A stretch of 63,723 nt of DNA, filler included, from Octopus bimaculoides (GCF_001194135.2; 9 parts of 8 records of this genome joined end to end with filler, not necessarily neighbours in it), one strand, 5' to 3'. Numbered from the whole stretch's first letter, positions 37,804 to 50,290 are shown. Notes: generated from the letters alone by a model not told the origin. Made by a program: numbers and translations.

Positions 37804-39104
37804 ACATATGTATATATACATGCAATGTATATATNNNNNNNNNNNNNNNNNNNNNNNNNNNNNNNNNNNNNNNNNNNNNNNNNNNNNNNNNNNNNNNNNN
37901 NNNNNNNNNNNNNNNNNNNNNNNNNNNNNNNNNNNNNNNNNNNNNNNNNNNNNNNNATATATATATATATATATATATACATTTAAACGCGCCTCCTTGT
38001 ATGAATACAGCTATGCATAAACACACCTAAAAGATACAACAGAGCGCGAGGAGGATTATCGTGGACCACAGCAGAAATAATGAAACTAAGATTTAGCGAG
38101 AGAAATTTCCGACGCTTCGGAGAAAGTTCTTCTTCAAGGGAGAAAAACCAGTCCATGACAGCTTGGTGAAATTCAGACATGGCAGTAGATGTCAGAAAGA
38201 TATCAGTTGCGCATTCATGAAAGATAAATGGAGGAACAGAGAAAGACAGATGAGAGGAAAATGAAAAGAAAAAATATTCATGGAAAGGTGACTAGAATAA
38301 GATAAACCTGTTCTTTTAAAGCAACAGGAATATATTCTGTATGCCAAGTCAGTCATCACAATAAAGAGGCTTATTAACAGCAGGTTGTTGCGTATGCCAG
38401 TATATAGGCATGCACACAAATATAAGTCTATAGTTTCACACATATAAGTAAATATACACATACACAGGTAGAGAGGATTGTCAGTTGCTCATGTGCGTGC
38501 ACACTCATTCCCATACAGGCAAACGCAATAGCTTTGGAAAAAACAATTAAATTAAAGCGTTTCGCTAAACGCTGAACGCTGAGTGAGTTTGGGTGAGAAG
38601 AGGAAAAGTAAACTCGATTATTGAATCATTGGGAAAATATTCCTACGGGAAGGAATATGCGTTTTGTGCTTCCTCAATGATTTTTTTGTGGTAGGAAACC
38701 ATATCGGAGAAAAACTGGTGCTTAATAATACATGTGATGTTTGCGGAACACAAGTATCGAAATGGTGGGCCCACGTTTGCATGCATGCCTTTATATACAT
38801 GGAACTGAAAGCAGTTTCTGCTGTATGCGTTAAGTATGATTTAGTGGGGGTAACATTGTGTGTAATTATCTTGAAATGTTTATCTTTGTCCTGTCAATAC
38901 GAGTAGAGTATCCAATGAACATCTACTCATTCTCTCTTAACATCTGCGTATTCTCTCTATTCCAGTTCAAGTCTAAAGTTTATAATGCCACGCGGTCTTT
39001 AACTTGTCAGCATTTATTTAAAGAAGTAAACCTAAAGAAAGTATAGGCTTGTCACAATACAACTAACATAAAAGTCTACATTTAATACTGGCCTGTTTAT
39101 ATGC

Positions 39105-39143
<39 letters not shown>

Positions 39144-40319
39144 NNNNNNNNNNNNNNNNNNNNNNNNNNNNNNNNNNNNNNNNNNNNNNNNNNNNNNNNN
39201 NNNNNNNNNNNNNNNNNNNNNNNNNNNNNNNNNNNNNNNNNNNNNNNNNNNNNNNNNNNNNNNNNNNNNNNNNNNNNNNNNNNNNNNNNNNNNNNNNNNN
39301 NNNNNNNNNNNNNNNNNNNNNNNNNNNNNNNNNNNNNNNNNNNNNNNNNNNNNNNNNNNNNNNNNNNNNNNNNNNNNNNNNNNNNNNNNNNNNNNNNNNN
39401 NNNNNNNNNNNNNNNNNNNNNNNNNNNNNNNNNNNNNNNNNNNNNNNNNNNNNNNNNNNNNNNNNNNNNNNNNNNNNNNNNNNNNNNNNNNNNNNNNNNN
39501 NNNNNNNNNNNNNNNNNNNNNNNNNNNNNNNNNNNNNNNNNNNNNNNNNNNNNNNNNNNNNNNNNNNNNNNNNNNNNNNNNNNNNNNNNNNNNNNNNNNN
39601 NNNNNNNNNNNNNNNNNNNNNNNNNNNNNNNNNNNNNNNNNNNNNNNNNNNNNNNNNNNNNNNNNNNNNNNNNNNNNNNNNNNNNNNNNNNNNNNNNNNN
39701 NNNNNNNNNNNNNNNNNNNNNNNNNNNNNNNNNNNNNNNNNNNNNNNNNNNNNNNNNNNNNNNNNNNNNNNNNNNNNNNNNNNNNNNNNNNNNNNNNNNN
39801 NNNNNNNNNNNNNNNNNNNNNNNNNNNNNNNNNNNNNNNNNNNNNNNNNNNNNNNNNNNNNNNNNNNNNNNNNNNNNNNNNNNNNNNNNNNNNNNNNNNN
39901 NNNNNNNNNNNNNNNNNNNNNNNNNNNNNNNNNNNNNNNNNNNNNNNNNNNNNNNNNNNNNNNNNNNNNNNNNNNNNNNNNNNNNNNNNNNNNNNNNNNN
40001 NNNNNNNNNNNNNNNNNNNNNNNNNNNNNNNNNNNNNNNNNNNNTAAGGAGTGGTTATGTCCCCTGTCAGTGTATATATATTGTGCGCTTCATATAGCTT
40101 TCAGAGACTTTATCTCTTATTTCTTCCATTATAGTTGCTTCGGTACCCTCAGCTCGAGTCTGTGCTTTAGCTTCGTTACTATTGCAACACCTCGGACACT
40201 TATTGATCTGACCACTTATATAAGGGATTAGTGGATATTTGTGTGCTCTCCCTCTCCCTCTCTCTCTTTCTATCCTGCCTGTTTGTCTGTCTGTCTGTCT
40301 CTTTCTCTCTCTCTCTCTA

Positions 40320-41370
40320 TGTGCGTCACACTCCGAACTATACAGACGTTATATGGATGAATGCATCGGCACGACCTCACTCCCCTGCGTACATCTGGAG
40401 TCCTGCTCTCCAATTTTCCTGCAACATTTCTAACTCTCCCGTCGTATTTCCTGACATTTCTGTTAGCATACATCACTCCGTTCTCCACTACAAACACACT
40501 GACTCACACTCCTACCTTAACTTCTCCTCCCCATCCCTACTCACACCAAGCTCTCCATCCCCTACTCCCAATTCCTCCGTCTACGGCGGCTTGCAATGAA
40601 AACTATGACTTTGAGACTCAGTCCCAACCCATGGCTCACCACTTCATCTTACGTATATATCCCCTCACCATTATCCACCCTGCTTTTGCCTGGGCACGAT
40701 CTGTGGATCATGCCTCTGGTCTTTCTCCTCGTTCTTGCTCCATCCTTATCCATCCCCCGTGTTCCCCTACCTATCACCCCTCCAACGCACTATTCTCCGA
40801 GCCTTCCGATGACCCCAATCCAACCCCTCCAACGGATTATTCTCCGAGCCTTCCGATGACTCCAGTCCGACCCATCCACCTCACACATCTTTCCTAACAA
40901 CTCTATCCTTCCTTCAAAACTTACGTGACCTCCTGCTCCACAGTTTCTTCCCTACCCCTGCCTCCCAGCCTGGCTCCTTCTGCTCCTGCTTACGTTGTCG
41001 AACCTGCCCCTATCACTCTAATACTACCATCCTCAATGACACCCACCACCGCCCCTATCATATCACTAACCTGCACCTTTAGTAATGTTATTTACTGCAT
41101 CACCTGCTCTGTGTGTCCTTTCTTCTACATTGGTCAAATGGGACGCCGCTTGGCTGACCGATTTGTGGAGCACATCCGAGATATCAGACTCGGCAACGAC
41201 TCCCCGGTCTCGTGCCACTTCCGCTCTAAGTGTCGTTCACTATATGTGTCTGTGTGCACACTGTCTCTGCACAGAGTCTACCGTGAACAAGAATTAATAT
41301 TCTCTCTTCGTTCCTTTGCGTTATATGGGCTCTACTCACAATTTCTCTACATTTGGCGCTAGCACCACAA
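40320..41370 (+). mobile_element. Penelope-like element (RT C-terminus + GIY-YIG endonuclease), decayed
   Basis: YKHTDSHSYLNFSS, DFETQSQPMAHHFILRIYP, and NVIYCITCSVCPFFYIGQMGRRLADRFVEHIRDI...REQELIFSL (GIY-YIG). Motifs are frameshifted between ORFs 40231, 40361 and 40925. Confidence 0.88.
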
Positions 41371-42192
41371 ACCTCCCAAATCCAACTGCCCCTTCATCTA
41401 CACAGCTGCATACTGCCTACCTTGGTACTCTCATCACACACCCCACTATACAAACGCCCATGCACACTCTTCAGCTCATCGCTCTCTTCACACACCATTA
41501 CACCTACACCCACAAACACTTTCCTACTCCAAACACACAAGCACCGAACACTTTTCAGCACCCACACCACACATCATTGTTCACACACCCACAATAGCGT
41601 CACCACACATACCATTATACGGGCAGCCAAATACACACTGATTAACTCAGTACACACAACACACACCATCATCCACACCCATACAAGCACATAATACATG
41701 AACACAGGCAATACATACAGACACACGCATAAACACATGCAACACGCATAGACAAAGATAAATTTCGCCCACAAACATACACTATATGCATTTCACCGAA
41801 GGCACACATACATACATACACACATACACATGTGCACACACCTCTTGAACAAGCACACATCAACTGCTACATACAACACACACACATACGCATAAACACA
41901 CACACATTAGACTCCCTCCCTTCCTCGCTCCCATTCACACACATACACACGTTTGACTCATTTGCCTCCGTTCACACCTACAGACTCACACCACATTATT
42001 CTCACATACACACACAAGCTTGCGCACCTTAGTTCGTTGGGTCACCATTACATTTACCATTATTATTATGATTATCTCCATTTCATTTAACCTCATTTTT
42101 CCAGACACATCGCCATATTGGAACGTTGAACTCTGCGCTTTCTTTCTCTCTCTCCGGTTTTTTCATTCTCACTCCATTTATTTCTCCACCTA

Positions 42193-42233
42193 GTCTTTTC
42201 TGTCGAAGGGCGTAGGCTCTAAACGTAAAAGAC
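42193..42233 (+). ncRNA. Degenerate hammerhead-like motif (U6 variant, G12 lost) in the PLE 3' region
   Basis: gtctttt CTGTCGA A GGGC gtag GCTC tAAA CG T A aaagac; same family and same downstream flank as 23734-23771. Confidence 0.45.
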
Positions 42234-42379
42234 TTTTCCATTTTTCCTAAGCTGTAAACTAATACACCTGCTTGTTGTTCCTACACGTGTCTTCGTTTTT
42301 TGTTTTCGATATCAGTGAATAACTTCACTGGAAAAAGACTTATATATTGCCAAGGGATTGTCATTCTCATCAAAGGTCG

Positions 42380-42438
42380 GCGATTATCGTACGCTGAAGA
42401 AGGGAAATAACCCTGAAACTCGGGTCCGTACGTATCGC
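42380..42438 (+). ncRNA. Type I hammerhead ribozyme, apparently intact
   Basis: gcgat tat cgtacg CTGAAGA AGGG aaataa CCCT GAAA CTCGGG T C cgtacg t atcgc. All core bases present; 4-bp stem II, quasi-palindromic stem III, GUC triplet (cut after 42426), stem I of 6 bp + internal loop + 5 bp. Confidence 0.8.
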
Positions 42439-42702
42439 AGATCAAGATGGGAAGGATAACTTCCCTTGGCAAAAATAGACAGGACACAGATATGTGTCGA
42501 TAAGCCAGCTGGAGGAGATGTTCTCCTGGGGCTAAAAGCAACAGTAACATCCACCCTTAGGGGTCAGCCACATTTAAATGGCAAATATACTTCACTTTAT
42601 ATNNNNNNNNNNNNNNNNNNNNNNNNNNNNNNNNNNNNNNNNNNNNTTAATTAATTAANNNNNNNNNNNNNNNNNNNNNNNNNNNNNNNNNNNNNNNNNN
42701 NN

Positions 42703-44170
42703 AGTAATTAACTCAAAAACACGCAGACCAGAGCAAGCACCACCGGAACTAATAGAAAAATGGTCCGATATGGACACATAAAAACTATGTGAACTGGTGG
42801 AACAAATATACAACGATACAAGTTCGCTTCAACAGCGAAGAAAAAGCAAAAGACCTCTCAACCCTAACCTTACAGTCTGAGAAACTAATTTTGGTTCCGA
42901 CCTACCTTGGACAATGCGTGACCAAAATCTCCATCAAAAATGTCCCTTCAGAAGTAGAAACACAATGGCTGTTATCCCCATTTGTTACAATATGGAGGAG
43001 AACATAAACATCCTAGAGATTTCTGCCTTAGAGCAGCAAAATTGGTCCGGTAAAATGATCCAGGCCTTGATGCNNNNNNNNNNNNNNNCAATCAATAGTA
43101 TTCCACATCAAATTGAGCTGCCAGACGGCCATAACCTATACATGGTGGTAGAAGGTAGGAGGCCTCGATGTTACTTGTGTGGAAGCGAAGAGCACCTCAA
43201 AACCAAGTGCCCAACCACAATGGAACGACAAAAACAACAAGAAAAAGAACAACTACCACAATAAGGAAAAAGCGAAAAGAAAAAAGAACCCTTGCTACCC
43301 ACACCACCACCAACACAGAAGATAAGCAAAGGGTGTCTGACAAAAGAACCACACAAACCAAACATGCCAACGCCAACAAATGAACATACACCAGNNNNNN
43401 NNNNCGCCAACAAATGAACATACACCAGCACCTGGAAAAACACCACCACCACCACTAACAACAACAGTAAGAACTAAAGAAACCAAAAGACCAAAAGAAA
43501 ACACAAAAACTGATACCCCTTCCCCNNNNNNNNNNAAGAAACCAAAAGACCAAAAGAAAACACAAAAACTGATACCCCTTCCCCTATATCGAATACACCA
43601 CATACAAACAGCCAACATCAACGAAAACAACAACACAACCACCTACACAAACACCCATAGAAGCCNNNNNNNNNNAAAACAACAACACAACCACCTACAC
43701 AAACACCCATAGAAGCCTACAACATGCCCCTACCCCCGTCCGATTTCTCAGAAATTTCGTCGGAAGACGAAACCAGTGAGAAATGGCAAATAGCCAGAAA
43801 AGGAAGGAGGAAGAGGAGCAAAAAGAGAACAAAAGTCAACACCAACAAAGCAGGGAGATACACAACTCTCGAAAACACTCCCANNNNNNNNNNNNNNNNN
43901 NNNNNNNNNNNNNNNNNNNNNNNNNNNNNNNNNNNNNNNNNNNNNNNNNNNNNNNNNNNNNNNNNNNNNNNNNNNNNNNNNNNNNNNNNNNNNNNNNNNN
44001 NNNNNNNNNNNNNNACACGAAGACATAAAAAAAACAAGCAACCACCCATACACAACACCACCAGAATACATCAAAATACTGCACATCACACCAGTCCTGC
44101 ACCACATACTAAAAGCCATTTAACCCAACGCGGTTGGAAGACGTCAGAAATACTCTTCCAAAAAACTCTA
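42703..44170 (+). mobile_element. L1/Tx1-like LINE ORF1 (fragmented)
   Basis: RRM-like segment, zinc knuckle RCYLCGSEEHLKTKC (CX2CX4HX4C), and a K/T/P-rich tail. Confidence 0.8.
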
Positions 44171-44267
44171 TAGCGATCTCCTCAAGGAAAATTCGGAGGA
44201 GACATAAAAACTTTCGCACGGTAAGTGACTCTGTTCCTATCGTTTGTGTTTAAATACACACATCATT

Positions 44268-45695
44268 ATGCTCAAGATTGGTTGTGTGAATGTGCATGGC
44301 TTGGGGTCCNNNNNNNNNNNNNNNNNNNNNNNNNNNNNNNNNNNNNNNNNNNNNNNNNNNNNNNNNNNNNNNNNNNNNNNNNNNNNNNNNNNNNNNNNNN
44401 NNNNNNNNNNNNNNNNNNNNNNNNNNNNNNNNNNNNNNNNNNNNNNNNNNNNNNNNNNNNNNNNNNNNNNNNNNNTTTAACATTTATTTTTCTCCCTGTC
44501 TGCCGAGAATGGGCGGTAGTAGCACTGCGGTACTTTTCCGCAAGAGTCTGGATCTCGAAGTAAAGACAGTATTCATAGACCTGGAGGGNNNNNNNNNNAG
44601 AGTCTGGATCTCGAAGTAAAGACAGTATTCATAGACCTGGAGGGTAGACTGGTTGTTCTGGATGTCGACGGCAGCGATGGGTGTGCTTTACAACTCATAT
44701 CAGTCTATGCACTGCCTTTAACAGGTCGGCCGGATTTCTTTCGACGTCTAGAAGTATTNNNNNNNNNNNNNNNNNNNNNNNNNNNNNNNNNNNNNNNNNN
44801 NNNNNNNNNNNNNNNNNNNNNNNNNNNNNNNNNNNNNNNNNNNNNNNNNNNNNNNNNNNNNNNNNNNNNNNNNNNNNNNNNNNNNNNNNNNNNNNNNNNN
44901 NNNNNNNNNNNNNNNNNNNNNNNNCAGGTACCGACTCGACCACTCGAATGCGCCAACGTGGACATGGAGCAACCGCATTGGGTTGTCGAGATTGCATCTA
45001 GATAGAATATTGTGTAGGAGAGTAGATAGAGATGGCGTAGGGTGTCCACAATTCCACATAGTCAGCTACACGGACCACAAAATTGTGACGTGTACGCNNN
45101 NNNNNNNCAATTCCACATAGTCAGCTACACGGACCACAAAATTGTGACGTGTACGCTGACTTAGATAAGACATATGCAGGGTCCCAGCTACTGGAAACTA
45201 AATATGTCTTTCCCGTCGAGACAGGTNNNNNNNNNNAGGGTCCCAGCTACTGGAAACTAAATATGTCTTTCCCGTCGAGACAGGTTTTCAGAGACCGGAT
45301 TAGCATGCTAGTAAAGAGGGCTTTGACGGGAGCCATCATCAATAACAAATGGTGGTNNNNNNNNNNCTAGTAAAGAGGGCTTTGACGGGAGCCATCATCA
45401 ATAACAAATGGTGGTTCACCCTCAAGAGAGCAATAAAAGCAGAAGCGATTAGGAATAGCAAAGCACTAGCCATAGATATAAACAGAGTAGAGGGTGACCT
45501 AGTTAAGAAGATAGAAGAGGCGATTAGAAGTGGCATCGCATCCGACGTTGGCTCTCGACCAACACTTCAACGCCAAACACGAATGGTGTGTTGTCAGAGC
45601 TAGGATGCGTGCTCTAAGGGACGAAGGTATTGGAGCCGCATGAGAGGCGGTCTCTGGTAGATGAACGAGGGCGTGAATTACTCAAGCCAAGTAAA
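44268..45695 (+). mobile_element. L1/Tx1-like LINE ORF2, APE endonuclease region (fragmented, truncated by a spacer)
   Basis: MLKIGCVNVHGL, GGSSTAVLFRK, LDRILC...YTDHKIV and PSYWKLNMS endonuclease-type motifs directly after ORF1. Confidence 0.85.
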
Positions 45696-45795
45696 NNNNN
45701 NNNNNNNNNNNNNNNNNNNNNNNNNNNNNNNNNNNNNNNTTAATTAATTAANNNNNNNNNNNNNNNNNNNNNNNNNNNNNNNNNNNNNNNNNNNN

Positions 45796-45977
45796 CCGTC
45801 CTGAGTACCATAAATCTCTGCTATCGTCAAATTCCTACTTTCACTTTCACTTTCGTCTCTCATCTTTCCATATAACGTCGTCCCGAGTACCATAGATCTC
45901 TGCTGTCGCCAGATTCCTACTTTCACTTTCACTTTCGTCTCTCTTGTCTTTCCATACAACGTCGTCCTGAGTACCAT
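45796..45977. repeat. About 83-bp minisatellite, 2 units plus the start of a third
   Basis: cgtcc.gagtaccat at 45797, 45879 and 45963, with a shared tttcactttcactttcgtctct body. Confidence 0.85.
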
Positions 45978-46265
45978 CCAGTGCAGAAGTGATATATACA
46001 AGACTTTTATTTTAATAAATGTTGCCTACTGCGAGTTATGGATGATTCTTTTAGGACTTCATTGCTTTCAGGCTTGGCTTAAGGTATTTCCGCGCCCGTC
46101 ATCACAAAATGCGTCTGAATAAACATTGCTGGACATTAAATAGAGACTCGGACATTGCTTAGAGAATATTTTTTCATTTCTATCCTCGTATATTGTACGC
46201 TCTAGGGATTTTGACCTTTAAATTTTTGGGGAAAAAAATGCGGATTATACTCAAGGATTTACAGT

Positions 46266-47260
46266 AGGCGTAGGAGTGAATGTGTGGTAAGTAGCTTGCT
46301 TACTAACCACATGGTTCCAGGTTCAGTCTCATTGCATGGCACCTTGGGCAAGTGTATTCTACTATAGCCTCGGGCTGACCAAAGCCGTGTGAGTGGATTT
46401 GTTAGACGGAAACCGAAAGAAGCCCGTCGTCTATATATATATATATATATATATNNNNNNNNNNNNNNNNNNNNNNNNNNNNNNNNNNNNNNNNNNNNNN
46501 NNNNNNNNNNNNNNNNNNNNNNNNNNNNNNNNNNNNNNNNNNNNNNNNNNNNNNNNNNNNNNNNNNNNNNNNNNNNNNNNNNNNNNNNNNNNNNNNNNNN
46601 NNNNNNNNNNNNNNNNNNNNNNNNNNNNNNNNNNNNNNNNNNNNNNNNNNNNNNNNNNNNNNNNNNNNNNNNNNNNNNNNNNNNNNNNNNNNNNNNNNNN
46701 NNNNNNNNNNNNNNNNNNNNNNNNNNNNNNNNNNNNNNNNNNNNNNNNNNNNNNNNNNNNNNNNNNNNNNNNNNNNNNNNNNNNNNNNNNNNNNNNNNNN
46801 NNNNNNNNNNNNNNNNNNNNNNNNNNNNNNNNNNNNNNNNNNNNNNNNNNNNNNNNNNNNNNNNNNNNNNNNNNNNNNNNNNNNNNNNNNNNNNNNNNNN
46901 NNNNNNNNNNNNNNNNNNNNNNNNNNNNNNNNNNNNNNNNNNNNNNNNNNNNNNNNNNNNNNNNNNNNNNNNNNNNNNNNNNNNNNNNNNNNNNNNNNNN
47001 NNNNNNNNNNNNNNNNNNNNNNNNNNNNNNNNNNNNNNNNNNNNGTCCCCCATCCCCACCCCCGCAACATCACTTGACAACTGATGCTGGTGCGTTTACG
47101 TCCCCGTATCTTAGCCTAGCGGTTTCGTCGAAAGAGAGGCCGATAAAATAAGTACCAGGTTAACAAAGAATAAGTCCCGTTGTCGATTTTCTCGACTAAA
47201 AGGCGGTGCTCCAGCATGGCCGCAGTCAAATGACTGAAACAAGTAAAAAAGTAAAAAGAG
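46266..47260 (+). mobile_element. SINE family A spanning a gap at its central microsatellite
   Basis: Head 46266-46430, tail 47045-47260. Confidence 0.8.
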
Positions 47261-47355
47261 TATATTTAAAAATACTAACACAAATTGCATCCGTATAAAT
47301 CTATCGTTTATATATTTATTTCTAATCCATTTTAATATTTTCATAATGTGCCGCC

Positions 47356-49743
47356 TTATTCACAATGTGCCGCCTTATTCATTCTTCTCACAAGTTGCGT
47401 GAATCGTTCCTGCTTACAAAGCCTGGCGTCTATTTTGTAATACGTATCCGAGTTCAATTCCCCGGTTAGCAATCTTTTAAGGAACGACCTTCCTGGATAT
47501 TTCGGGCAAATGTAACGCCTTTCCAAATCTCCATTTGTCTCTTGCGTAACCATGATTGTCTCGTTGTTAGCGACAGTCGGAATAAGGCCTCGTAAGTATT
47601 TCTCCAATTCCGACATGCCGATAGTTTTATCCCGAGGAAATTTATTCGTGAGCTCTGTGAAAGATTTCTTGAGGATAGGGCAATCAGAAAAATCTATCGT
47701 TTCCTGAAATAACGTCTGATAGCATTTCTGTTTTTCTTTCGTTAAAAATGGCGTCGTCGAAGTTAATTTACCTGTGAGGACTTTACGAAGCAGGCTGCCC
47801 TCTATCAGAGCCGAATCAACCGAATGTTTCCGATTTAAATATAATCTTGGGACTTTACTCTGCTTATTATCCGAATCATTTGATGGAAATTTTCTTTCAA
47901 TTTCTTCAGATATTTTTTTGAATGGTCGCTCATTGGGATCTGTCGATCTTCCGAAATCAACTTCGGTATTACAGACGCTGGGACTCCCGAAGCAGCCGTC
48001 GGTCATTTCCGACTCATGTATTATAGCTTCGGTATTTTTGTCTTGGTTAGTTTCTTCCGGTTGTTGTGGATTTTGCGTGAGAAAATCCATGTTGTGTACG
48101 GACGCTTTCTTATAAAGATCTTTCTGATTCGAACCAACCAATGAATCCGCTTGGATATTGTTAAACCGATGCTCATTCTCAGCTGGTTCGATTAACATAT
48201 CCGTATCGTTAGAACCCTGAGACTGCGGTGAGAGAATCGCTAAAACGTCTAAGGAACGTAACAGTCTTGTATTAAAATCTTCAATCGATGCCTTTTGCTC
48301 TGTCGGCGAAAGAGAATTCATTTTCTCTTGTTCAAAATATTCTTTGCTTCGGAACAAGTCTTTTAAGACAGATTTCAAACAGTCTTTATTCGAAATCGTT
48401 CGCTCATTCCAATCACCCATCATAAATTCTTCGCTCGAAAAACCCGTGTTTTCACAAGAATCCGTTTTCATATCGATGTGTTTATCAAACCCGACATCCT
48501 CTGGGACCTTTAAACCATTCTTCTGCAATCTACAAAATTCCGGTTCGAATACCCGACCGAAAACCATTCCGTTATTAGTTTTATAACCTTTTTTCACATC
48601 ATCATGCGAATCCGAACCATCAAAAAACCACAACGGCTGTAAAAGTGGATTACCTCCCTTAAGAGTGTCGCTCTCTAGGTCATTTCTCACAGGAACATCT
48701 TGAGGAGAATTTAAATCCGAAACACTACCCTCAGTAAAAAATTTCGCTTTTATTTTCTTAAGGCCATTTTCCAGTTTTTCTCCTCCAGTGGACGATTTCA
48801 TATAATCGCAGACTATCTCTGTATTGTCTTTCTGGACATTTCCATCTATATCTATAACACAGTATTCGCCCGGGTTATCGTAATTATCAAGATTCGTTAA
48901 AGTTGTTGGAGATGAAATTATTATTTTGTCGTTTTGAGGTTTAGCCTTATGGCTAAATGCCATTTTAAGAATATCTGGGTTCATAGATGAGACTGAATTT
49001 AAGCTAGCAGCGACATCTGAGCGACCTGTAAGCTGGGATAATGATTCTGTATGGTTTATCGAACGTCGGGGGTCGAGTTCGGAACATTTGTTCAGCGCCG
49101 CCGTTGGGAACGAAAACGAACAGCCGGGTTTCATAAGCGAACGCTGTCTCTGCGGTTTTACGACGCGAGGGCCTTCGGAATAGTACACGTTCTCCGCGGC
49201 CGGCTGCGCATCGTCGCAAACAACATCCGAGCAAAACAGGTCGTTCACATCAAAGCCATCGACGTCGTTTAAAGCCGCGTTGCTATCCGGTTTAACATAA
49301 CTCGAAAGATATGTCTGTAGGTCATCCGAATAGAAGATTAACTGGTCGATTAACGAATCAAGCCTTCCATCTTCATCACCGTTAAGATCAATGAGGGAAT
49401 CTTCACTAAATGCCGAATCTGACGAATTCGTTCGGAAACGTGTATCGAATCGAGGCCGGTTAGTTCTAGACGTTTCTCTCGTTACATCTACAGACAGTAA
49501 ACGATTATCCTCGTTTTCACTTTGAAGCGATAACAAACGATCTTCTCCATCTTGAAAATCACCCGAAACAGATGACTCCAAAGCGTTTTTATCTAAATCC
49601 CCATTCTCGTCTCGTGTTCCGGCTAACCTACCCGACATTAGCACGCCGCATTCCTCTTCTACCGAGAAATAATTATGATCTTTCTTCAGAAGCTTGGTTT
49701 TGTTATTTTCGTCAGAAATCTGAATAAATACCGGTTCTTTCAT
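47356..49743 (-). CDS. 795-aa uninterrupted ORF, uncharacterised acidic/low-complexity protein (single-exon gene or large terminal exon)
   Basis: 2388 bp without a stop in AT-rich DNA, natural amino-acid composition, in-frame TGA upstream at 49783-85, AATAAA at 47315-20 downstream of the stop. No domain recognised. Confidence 0.85.
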   Translation of the reverse strand: MKEPVFIQISDENNKTKLLKKDHNYFSVEEECGVLMSGRLAGTRDENGDLDKNALESSVSGDFQDGEDRLLSLQSENEDNRLLSVDVTRETSRTNRPRFDTRFRTNSSDSAFSEDSLIDLNGDEDGRLDSLIDQLIFYSDDLQTYLSSYVKPDSNAALNDVDGFDVNDLFCSDVVCDDAQPAAENVYYSEGPRVVKPQRQRSLMKPGCSFSFPTAALNKCSELDPRRSINHTESLSQLTGRSDVAASLNSVSSMNPDILKMAFSHKAKPQNDKIIISSPTTLTNLDNYDNPGEYCVIDIDGNVQKDNTEIVCDYMKSSTGGEKLENGLKKIKAKFFTEGSVSDLNSPQDVPVRNDLESDTLKGGNPLLQPLWFFDGSDSHDDVKKGYKTNNGMVFGRVFEPEFCRLQKNGLKVPEDVGFDKHIDMKTDSCENTGFSSEEFMMGDWNERTISNKDCLKSVLKDLFRSKEYFEQEKMNSLSPTEQKASIEDFNTRLLRSLDVLAILSPQSQGSNDTDMLIEPAENEHRFNNIQADSLVGSNQKDLYKKASVHNMDFLTQNPQQPEETNQDKNTEAIIHESEMTDGCFGSPSVCNTEVDFGRSTDPNERPFKKISEEIERKFPSNDSDNKQSKVPRLYLNRKHSVDSALIEGSLLRKVLTGKLTSTTPFLTKEKQKCYQTLFQETIDFSDCPILKKSFTELTNKFPRDKTIGMSELEKYLRGLIPTVANNETIMVTQETNGDLERRYICPKYPGRSFLKRLLTGELNSDTYYKIDARLCKQERFTQLVRRMNKAAHCE

Positions 49744-50172
49744 AGCAACGGCCAGAAAAATTCTAACGGGGCCAGACAGGGTTCATTTCCTGTTGCGTTG
49801 GTTTATTCTTTGAGCGATCTAGAAATAATTAAAAATTAAAAATTAGATTAGGGGTCATATGGATTAAAAGGTCGAAAGGAGTGAGATTAAAATGGTAAAC
49901 GGTACGATGAATGTCTTTTTTTGTAGCTGTTAGAATGCATTTGATATGGAGTGTTGGCGAAGCCTGACCTTCGAGTTTTGGGCCTCACAGGGGCAATGAC
50001 GAAAGACTGAGATCTCTGGAGAAACTGAAAGAAACCCGTCGAATATGTATATATATATATATATATATATATNNNNNNNNNNNNNNNNNNNNNNNNNNNN
50101 NNNNNNNNNNNNNNNNTTAATTAATTAANNNNNNNNNNNNNNNNNNNNNNNNNNNNNNNNNNNNNNNNNNNN

Positions 50173-50221
<49 letters not shown>

Positions 50222-50222
50222 C

Positions 50223-50290
<68 letters not shown>
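50173..50290. repeat. (GATA)n microsatellite (others at 37058-37115 and 60145-60210)
   Basis: Directly visible. Confidence 0.95.

Noticed and set aside
21532-38030. Many YIYI/VCVC/HTHT/SLSL/RERE ORFs
   Set aside because: Translations of (TA)n, (TG)n, (CA)n and (GA)n microsatellites; no coding signal.
37983-38180. 65-aa ORF with PKRRK as an exon
   Set aside because: Short, no convincing splice sites or recognisable homology.
43074-45420. Short direct repeats on both sides of 10-N gaps in the LINE (e.g. 45067/45108, 45181/45237)
   Set aside because: The pattern of duplicated contig ends around fixed 10-N gaps indicates unmerged overlaps, not real tandem repeats.
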